A stretch of 64,000 bases of DNA, from positions 15,072 through 79,071 of the forward strand of contig JBHIBG010000007.1 of assembly GCA_046758965.1 (NCBI GenBank). Reading direction: 5' to 3'. Positions 57,741-64,000 of this stretch are shown piece by piece. Source of the DNA: Candidatus Methylomirabilia bacterium (lineage in GTDB: Bacteria; Methylomirabilota; Methylomirabilia; Rokubacteriales; CSP1-6). The notes under the pieces are model-generated. The model saw only the letters and a list, made by a program, of their open reading frames with translations. It made no database searches and was not told the origin of the DNA. Numbering within the stretch: position 1 is the first letter of the stretch; every line of letters starts with the position of its first letter. The position numbers and the translations under genes are program-made.

Positions 57741-58295
57741 ATGCGGGTCATCGCCGGGGCGCTGAAGGGCCGGCGACTCCGGACACCCAGAGGGAGGCAA
57801 ACCCGGCCTACCTCCGACCAGGTGCGGATCGCGTGCCTCGATACCCTCACGCCATGGCTTTGCGGTGTGCGCTTCCTCGACCTCTTCGCGGGAGCCGGGG
57901 GGGTCGGCATCGAGGCCCTCTCTCGCGGCTCCGCTGAGTGCGTGTTCGTTGAGGACAGCCGCGCCGCGGTCACCGCGCTCCGTGAGAATCTGAGAGACCT
58001 CGGCCTCGAAGCGCGGAGCCGAGTCTTGAACCTGGATGTGTTCCGCGCCCTTGATCTCCTCAAAGCGGAGCGGAGGCCGTTTTCGCTGGTCTTCCTCGAC
58101 CCGCCGTACGAACGCCTCCTGGCCCAGGAGACGCTGGGGCGGCTTGCCGACGGGGTGCTCCTCGCCCCAGCCGGCGTCGTGGTCCTCCAGCATTTCACCA
58201 AACAGCCGCCTCCTGACCACCTGGGGTGCCTGACTGCCTTCAAGCGCCGGCGGTTCGGGGAAACGACCTTGCTTTTTTTCCGCGTCCGAGCGTAA
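57741..58295 (+). CDS. rsmD: 16S rRNA (guanine966-N2) methyltransferase
   Basis: MRVIAG, RPTSDQVR, LDLFAGAG, EALSRG, FLDPPY. Confidence 0.93.
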   Translation: MRVIAGALKGRRLRTPRGRQTRPTSDQVRIACLDTLTPWLCGVRFLDLFAGAGGVGIEALSRGSAECVFVEDSRAAVTALRENLRDLGLEARSRVLNLDVFRALDLLKAERRPFSLVFLDPPYERLLAQETLGRLADGVLLAPAGVVVLQHFTKQPPPDHLGCLTAFKRRRFGETTLLFFRVRA

Positions 58296-58344
58296 GATAG
58301 GCGACGTTTGTGGAGGCGTCCGAGCCACCCGAACGGAGAGCTGC

Positions 58345-58830
58345 GTGGGCAAGCGAGCTGTGTATCCCGGGATGTTCGATCCGGTCCATAACGGGCACCT
58401 GGATCTGATCCAGCGCAGCCTGCGCATCTTCGATGAGCTGATCGTCGCCGTCGTGGCCAACCCCTCCAAGGCGCCCCTGTTCACCGTGAAGGAGCGACTG
58501 GAGCTGATCGATGAGGCGACGGGTGGGCTCTCGCACTTCCGCATCACCGCCTTCGACGGCCTCCTCGTCGACCTGGTGGCTCGAGAGGGCGCCGACGTCA
58601 TCGTCCGGGGAGTTCGGGCCGTCTCCGACTTCGAGTACGAGTTTCAGATGGCGCTGATGAATCGGAAGCTTCGGGACAGCGTAGAAACCGTCTTCATGAT
58701 GCCTCACGAGCGGTACACCTATATCTCCTCCCGTCTCATCAAGGAGGTCGCCAGCTACGGGACTTCGGTGACCGGCATGGTTCCCACCGCGGTCGAGAAG
58801 CGGCTCAAGGAGAAGTACGCCAGGAAGTAG
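58345..58830 (+). CDS. coaD: Pantetheine-phosphate adenylyltransferase
   Basis: YPGMFDPVHNGHLD, RGVRAVSDFEYE, ISSRLIKE. Confidence 0.96.
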   Translation: MGKRAVYPGMFDPVHNGHLDLIQRSLRIFDELIVAVVANPSKAPLFTVKERLELIDEATGGLSHFRITAFDGLLVDLVAREGADVIVRGVRAVSDFEYEFQMALMNRKLRDSVETVFMMPHERYTYISSRLIKEVASYGTSVTGMVPTAVEKRLKEKYARK

Positions 58831-59056
58831 CCTTCCGGATGTTCGCCGACCTGCCCAACCCCCTCGTGTTCTGCGGCTCTCCGGCGACCCCCGGGCAGGT
58901 GCTTACCCTGGGCGCTCGAAGTGAGCCGGCGCAGGGAGCGGCGGCGCCCGGGATCGACCACCTATCACGCCGTTCAGTGCGACTCCGGTCAGGGAACGGC
59001 AGGGCGCGCTTCACCCCGGGGTCGACTCGCATGGCCGCTGTTCGGTTACGGGACGG

Positions 59057-60082
59057 ATGATTCCTCATCCCTCCTGGGAGGCGGCGGTCCGGCGGGCTCT
59101 CGAGGCCCGCGTGATCCTCATCGTCGGCGAGACTGACAGCGGCAAGACCTCCTTCACGACGTATCTGGCCAACAGCCTTCTCGAGCGCGGCCTCCGGGTG
59201 GGGGTGGTGGACGCGGACCTGGGCCAGTCAGACATTGGGCCCCCCACCACGGTGGGTTTGGGTGTGATCAGCCGGCCGGTGGCTCATCTCGGGGAGGCGG
59301 AGGTGCAGGGACTCCACTTTGTCGGGTCCACCTCTCCCCAGGGGCATCTCCTCTCCGCTGTCATCGGGACCAGACGGATGATGGAGAAGGCCATCGCCAT
59401 GGGAATCGAGCGGGTGCTCGTGGACACCAGCGGCCTGGTCCAGGGCGAGCTAGGGCGGGCCCTCAAGCAGCACAAGATCGACCTGATCAGCCCGGACCTC
59501 CTCTTCTGCCTGCAGCGCGCGGATGAATGCGAACATATCCTCAAGCTTTACAGATTCGGGCGGCGGCCCGAAGTCCTCCGGCTGAGCCCTGGCCCAGCCG
59601 GCCGCAGGCGCTCCCAGGAGGAGCGCCGTCAGCATCGGGAGCGGGCGCTGCAGGCCTACTTCCACGGGGCTCGGACCCTCCACCTGGACCTCACGCGTGT
59701 GGTCCTGCGTCACCCCCCTCTCTACGTGGGCCAGCCGCTCCCGAGCCGCCAGCTCGAGGAGCTCTCCGGCCTCCTGGACGACATGGTCCTGTGGGCGGAG
59801 CGGCGAGGGGCGGAGCTCACCGTCGTCACTCCGGATCCGCTCAGGGATGTCCAGACCCGCCAGATCGCCAAGCGCTTCGACGACTCCCTGGTGGTCGGGT
59901 ACTCTCTGGACGACTTCCAGGGTGCCCTCGCGGGGCTGGACAACGCCGAGCGTGAGACGCTGGGGCTCGCGGTCGTTCGCTCGATTGACTTCGCCAAGCA
60001 ACTTCTGGTGATCGACACGGTCGTTTCCGAGGGGCCCATCGCCTTCGTCGCGATCAGCCGGCAGAAGTTCAGACCGGTCTGA
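59057..60082 (+). CDS. Clp1/Nol9/Grc3-family polynucleotide 5'-hydroxyl kinase
   Basis: Walker A GETDSGKT, DADLGQSDIGPPTT, DTSGLV, lid RSQEERRQHR. Confidence 0.82.
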   Translation: MIPHPSWEAAVRRALEARVILIVGETDSGKTSFTTYLANSLLERGLRVGVVDADLGQSDIGPPTTVGLGVISRPVAHLGEAEVQGLHFVGSTSPQGHLLSAVIGTRRMMEKAIAMGIERVLVDTSGLVQGELGRALKQHKIDLISPDLLFCLQRADECEHILKLYRFGRRPEVLRLSPGPAGRRRSQEERRQHRERALQAYFHGARTLHLDLTRVVLRHPPLYVGQPLPSRQLEELSGLLDDMVLWAERRGAELTVVTPDPLRDVQTRQIAKRFDDSLVVGYSLDDFQGALAGLDNAERETLGLAVVRSIDFAKQLLVIDTVVSEGPIAFVAISRQKFRPV

Positions 60083-60098
60083 TCGGAAAGGACACCCG

Positions 60099-60539
60099 GT
60101 GAGGATCGAAGGCTCTCATGAGCTGCCGTTTCCGCGCGAGCGCGCCTGGGCCGCCCTCCTGGACCCCGAGCGGCTCGTCAGGGCCATCCCTGGCTGCGAG
60201 AGGCTGGAGGCGACGGGCCCGGACGAGTACAAGGCCACCCTGAAGATCGGAGTGGGAGCGGTGAGAGGGACCTTTCAGGGGAAGGTGCGGCTCTCAGACC
60301 AGGCGCCGCCCACGCGTTTCAAAATGGCCGTGGAGGGAAGCGGGGGCCCGGGGTTCGTGCGGGGGGAAGCGGCGATGGAACTCTCTGAGACCGACGGGGG
60401 CACGACGGTCGCCTATACCGCAGATGTGCAGGTGGGGGGCCTCATCGCGGGGGTCGGCCAGCGGATGCTCGGCGGAGTGGCCAAGATGATGCTGGACCAA
60501 TTCTTCTCGCGGATGGCCCAGCAGCTCGGAGGCACCTGA
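60099..60539 (+). CDS. coxG: CoxG / SRPBCC family protein
   Basis: WAALLDP..IPGCE, IGVGAVRG, VGGLIAGVGQRM. Confidence 0.8.
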   Translation: MRIEGSHELPFPRERAWAALLDPERLVRAIPGCERLEATGPDEYKATLKIGVGAVRGTFQGKVRLSDQAPPTRFKMAVEGSGGPGFVRGEAAMELSETDGGTTVAYTADVQVGGLIAGVGQRMLGGVAKMMLDQFFSRMAQQLGGT

Positions 60540-60669
60540 TGCCGCGAGGCCGCTCCGGGGCGCCGTGGCGCGACACCGGGGCGCGGAAACTCTCCCCGAG
60601 CAGGGCGGCGCCCGCGTCCCCCTACTTGGAGCCGGAGATCGAGACAGCACCCCGCTTCCCGAGGCGATC

Positions 60670-60814
60670 AGCTGTGGAATGCATGCGGGCGGGCTGGGCC
60701 CGGGCCGTGGTCGACCGCAAGTTCCCGCTCTCGGAGGCCCAGCACGCGGTCCAGTACCTGACTGACCGGAAGAACCGCGAGAAGATCCTCCTGATCCCTG
60801 ATGGTGCGGCGTGA
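60670..60814 (+). pseudogene. C-terminal remnant of an MDR zinc-binding dehydrogenase
   Basis: RAVVDRKFPLSEAQHA...REKILLIP parallels the C-termini of the two MDR genes at 14.6-16.7 kb. Confidence 0.55.
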
Positions 60815-61578
60815 GCGAGTTTCTCCGCGTGGAGCGGGACGGGCAGGTGGTCACGGTCTGGATCGATCGCCAGGCCAAGATGAACACCTTGACCGTCGCT
60901 ATGCGGAGCGAGCTCCCGAGGATATTTCAGGACCTCGACGCCGACGAAGCCGTCCGGGTGGTGGTGATCCGCGGCGCGGGTGGGAAGGCGTTCAGCGGGG
61001 GCGGGGACGTGGCCGAGTTCCTCTCTCTGGCCCCGGCCGACTTAGAGCAGTGGGGAGATTCGCTGAGCTGGCCGGAGCGTTGTCGGAAGCCGGTGGTGGC
61101 AGCCATTGACGGCTACACCATGGGCGCGGGTCTGGAGCTGGCCCTCGCCTGCGACTTCAGGGTGGCGACGGACCGCTCGGAGTTTGCGTTCCCGGAGATC
61201 CGGCTCGGGATGATCCCGGGAAGCGGCGGCACCCAGCGGGCGCTCCGCCTGATCGGGATGACCCGAGCCAAGCTCTTCATGATGACCGGCCAGCGGATTT
61301 CCGCGTCTGTGGCCGAACAGTGGGGGCTCATCACCCGGGCAGTGCCGCTGGCCGGGTTCGAGGCCAGCCTCGCGACCTTGACGGAGGAGTTGGCTGAGCG
61401 GGCCCCATTGGCCCTCCGGACCCTGAAGGCGGTGCTGAACAAAGGGGTCGAGGCACCGCTGGAGAGCGCGCTCGAGCTAGAGCGCAAGGCCTACGCCTGG
61501 CTCCGTTCCACCCACGACTACGTGGAGGGGGTGAAATCCTTCCTCGAGAAGCGCCCTCCGAAGTTCACCGGGCACTGA
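60811..61578 (+). CDS. Enoyl-CoA hydratase/isomerase family protein
   Basis: AFSGGGD, GAGLELALACD, FPEIRLGMIPGSGGTQR. Confidence 0.92.
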   Translation: MSEFLRVERDGQVVTVWIDRQAKMNTLTVAMRSELPRIFQDLDADEAVRVVVIRGAGGKAFSGGGDVAEFLSLAPADLEQWGDSLSWPERCRKPVVAAIDGYTMGAGLELALACDFRVATDRSEFAFPEIRLGMIPGSGGTQRALRLIGMTRAKLFMMTGQRISASVAEQWGLITRAVPLAGFEASLATLTEELAERAPLALRTLKAVLNKGVEAPLESALELERKAYAWLRSTHDYVEGVKSFLEKRPPKFTGH

Positions 61579-61713
61579 CCGACCAAGGAGGCTTCGGATG
61601 CACGACAGCCATCCGCCGAGGGCGTCCGTTGGCGGTCCTATGTCCCGCGACGACACCCCGAAGGGCGCAAGGCCCAGAGGGGGTGGGGAGCTCAAGGCAG
61701 GAAGGAGTTGGTG

Positions 61714-63204
61714 ATGGGGTTCATGGAGCTGCGCCAGTGGATCGCGCTCCTAGAGAAAGAGGGGGAGCTTCGCCGAATTTCTGCGCCCGTGGATTGGGAT
61801 CGAGAGATCGGCACCGTCACCCGGAAGGTCCTTGAGAAGAAGGGGCCAGCGCTCCTCTTCGAGAACATCCGGGGGTACGAGCAGGGCCGCTGCACCCGGC
61901 TCTTCACCAGCGGGCTCGGGAGCCGAGGCCGGCTGGCCCTGGCTCTGGGGCTTCCCAAGGACGTGCCGAACCGTGAGCTGGTCCAGTACGTGATGAAAAA
62001 GAACCGCGAGACCATCCGGTCGGTCGTGGTGCGCACTGGGGCGGTGAAGGAGCACATCGTCAAAGGGTCTGATGTAGACCTCACCGAGTTCCCCGTCCCC
62101 AGGTGGCATTACCTCGAGAGCGGGCGGTACATCAACACGTTCGTCGGCATCGTCACACGCGATCCGGACACGGGGGTCCAGAACGTCGGCATCTACCGTG
62201 GAATGATCGGCAAGAGGCACACGATCCCGTCACTCCTTATCAAGGGAGGTCAGCACTGGGGCCAGCACTTCCTCAAGTACGCCAAGCGCAGCGAGCCCAT
62301 GCCGGTGGCCTGTGTCATCGGCTGGGATCCGATCCTGGGCTTCATTGGCGGGAGCCCGATCCCGGCGGGGATCTGCGAGTACGATGTGATGGGGGCCTAT
62401 CGGAGTGAGCCTGTCGAGCTGGTCAGGTGTGAGACCGTGGACCTAGAGGTACCGGCCGGCGCCGAAATCGCCATCGAGGGCCTCATCCACGCCGACCCGG
62501 CGACCTACGAGCTGGAGGGACCGTTCGGCGAGTTCACGGGCTACGTCTCTGACATCCCCACCCCGCGTCCGACGATCCAGGTGACCTGCGTCACCCACCG
62601 CCGCGACCCGATCTTCCGCGGGACCCTGGGAGGAACGCTCCCGGGATCGTTCAGCGAGAACAGTGTGATGTCTTCCGTCCAGCGGGCGGCGATCGCCTGG
62701 AACATCTTAACCGGGGCGGGTATCCCCGGGATCCGCGACGTCTTCATCCACCCCATCACCAACGGGACCAACATCTGCATCCAGATCCGCAAGCACTACC
62801 AGGGACAGCCGAAGCAGATCGCCGCGGCCCTCTGGGGAAGCGGCGCGGCCCAGTACCGCTACAAGAACGTCATCGTGGTCGAGGAGGACATTGACGTCTC
62901 CTCCTACGAGCAGCTGGACTGGGCCATCGCGTACCGGGTGAACGCCGGGCGAGGCGGGATCGTGGTCTTCCCGGGGATCTTCGGTTCGCCCATCGATCCC
63001 AGCACTCCCCTGGAGGAGCGCGACGTCAACCGCCTAGGCTCCGGGCTCTGGAACCGCGTGCTGGTCGACGCCACCCGGAGCTGGGAGTTCGAGCGGCGGC
63101 CCGAGTGGGGGGGCGAGCGGTTTCCCCCTACGGTGCGGCCGGCCCCAGAAGACGAAGCCCGCGTTCTTGAACGCTGGAAGGAATACGGCCTAGACGGGAT
63201 CTGA
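61714..63204 (+). CDS. UbiD family (prFMN-dependent) decarboxylase
   Basis: GPALLFENI, NVGIYR, EIAIEG, EGPFGEFTGY, VEEDID, IDPS, DATR. Confidence 0.92.
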   Translation: MGFMELRQWIALLEKEGELRRISAPVDWDREIGTVTRKVLEKKGPALLFENIRGYEQGRCTRLFTSGLGSRGRLALALGLPKDVPNRELVQYVMKKNRETIRSVVVRTGAVKEHIVKGSDVDLTEFPVPRWHYLESGRYINTFVGIVTRDPDTGVQNVGIYRGMIGKRHTIPSLLIKGGQHWGQHFLKYAKRSEPMPVACVIGWDPILGFIGGSPIPAGICEYDVMGAYRSEPVELVRCETVDLEVPAGAEIAIEGLIHADPATYELEGPFGEFTGYVSDIPTPRPTIQVTCVTHRRDPIFRGTLGGTLPGSFSENSVMSSVQRAAIAWNILTGAGIPGIRDVFIHPITNGTNICIQIRKHYQGQPKQIAAALWGSGAAQYRYKNVIVVEEDIDVSSYEQLDWAIAYRVNAGRGGIVVFPGIFGSPIDPSTPLEERDVNRLGSGLWNRVLVDATRSWEFERRPEWGGERFPPTVRPAPEDEARVLERWKEYGLDGI

Positions 63205-63249
63205 TCTCCGGGGGTTCCACCAGTCCTCTTGCCGCCGCAGCAAACGCCC

Positions 63250-63283
63250 TTGACAGGACCTTTCAGTCGACATACTGTCTACA
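63250..63283 (+). promoter_or_regulatory. Sigma70 promoter with GntR-type operator-like boxes
   Basis: TTGACA, 17 nt, TACTGT overlapped by GTCGACA-TAC-TGTCTACA. Confidence 0.5.
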
Positions 63284-63289
63284 CCGCCA

Positions 63290-63435
63290 ATGCGAAGACG
63301 ACCGGGCATTGTGAGGGGTTGATGCGTGACATCATCTCTCCGTCGCTCGTAGCGCTCCTCACTCCGCAGGGCGTGCAGGAGATCTTCGAGTTGCGGATGG
63401 CGGTGGAAACCCTGGCGGTCCGCCTCCAAGCTTAG
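63290..63435 (+). pseudogene. GntR/FCD regulator remnant
   Basis: EGLM...LTPQGVQEIFELRMAVETLAVRL* resembles the wHTH-FCD junction; HTH and remainder missing. Confidence 0.55.
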
Positions 63436-63659
63436 ATGTGATCCGCGGCTGGATGAGGAATACATAAACACCTCGGTTCGACAATGGGCCGAATGCGGGC
63501 TTCGTCGTTGACAGAATTTAGACCTTTTCGGTAGGGTCGGGGGGGTGGGAACACCGGGCGATCATAACGCCGGTTCCGAGCGTGCGCAGCGGTCTCGCCT
63601 CCGCGGGATCTTGAGAAGACAGGGGTTAGATTTCTCGTCAGACCCGGGCGGGAGGGGCG

Positions 63660-63949
63660 ATGCTCGTTCAACAGTTGATCAACGGCCTGCTGCTCGGGGC
63701 CTCCTACTCTCTCGTGGCCATCGGCTGCACGCTTATCTTCCCAGGCGCATGTTCGGTCGCGCCGGGATCCCCGGAAACCGGTACTGCCTCACAGTGGGGC
63801 TCAAGACCCGCGATAGCGGGGAAATGGCCGCGGCCTATCTGGACTCGATCCGCCCGGTGATGGTGCGCTGCGGCCTCCGGTTTCCGCAGCGCCACGAGCT
63901 CCCGATTGAGCTACCCCAACAGGTTGACCTCTCGGTTCCCCGCGGCTAG
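63660..63949 (+). pseudogene. Chimeric remnant: LivH-type ABC permease N-terminus joined out of frame to a possible ferritin-like (PaaA/BoxB-like) C-terminus
   Basis: MLVQQLINGLLLGASYSLVAIG.TLIF, then in another frame MFGRAG..N.Y..GLKTRD. Confidence 0.5.
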
Positions 63950-64000
63950 TCCATGAAGACCGACACGGTAACGACGGGACGCTGGATAGGACGGCCGCTC

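Noticed and set aside
58831..59060. Possible ncRNA or 73-aa ORF between coaD and the Clp1-like gene
   Set aside because: No recognisable RNA family motif, tRNA fold or protein similarity by eye.
60099..60539. Carbon monoxide dehydrogenase locus
   Set aside because: Only a CoxG/SRPBCC gene is present; no coxL/M/S in the window.

Overview
This is a GC-rich bacterial chromosomal window with no rRNA, tRNA, CRISPR array or intact mobile element visible. Gene style suggests a Rokubacteria/Methylomirabilota-like organism, which is an impression only. It carries a housekeeping block (rel, rpmB, recG, rsmD, coaD, polX, dapF-like) and extensive CoA-linked catabolic genes. (1) A selenoprotein is hidden by the ORF track: an in-frame UGA in a U-G-S-C motif (29591-30133) followed by a SECIS-like hairpin. 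It heads an operon with its partner protein, three family III CoA-transferase genes and a TRAP transporter. (2) A catalytic(Asp)/pseudo-catalytic(Trp) CoA-transferase pair occurs three times, once fused. (3) An orphan AbiEi-like regulator with a palindromic operator is followed by two uncalled Lys-rich micro-ORFs (17 and 13 aa), each with a strong ribosome-binding site, set among strong hairpins. (4) The DapF homologue has both catalytic Cys replaced by Ser. (5) There is a bacterial Clp1-type RNA kinase. (6) Several genes survive only as deletion scars. All family assignments come from motif recognition by eye; no searches were run.
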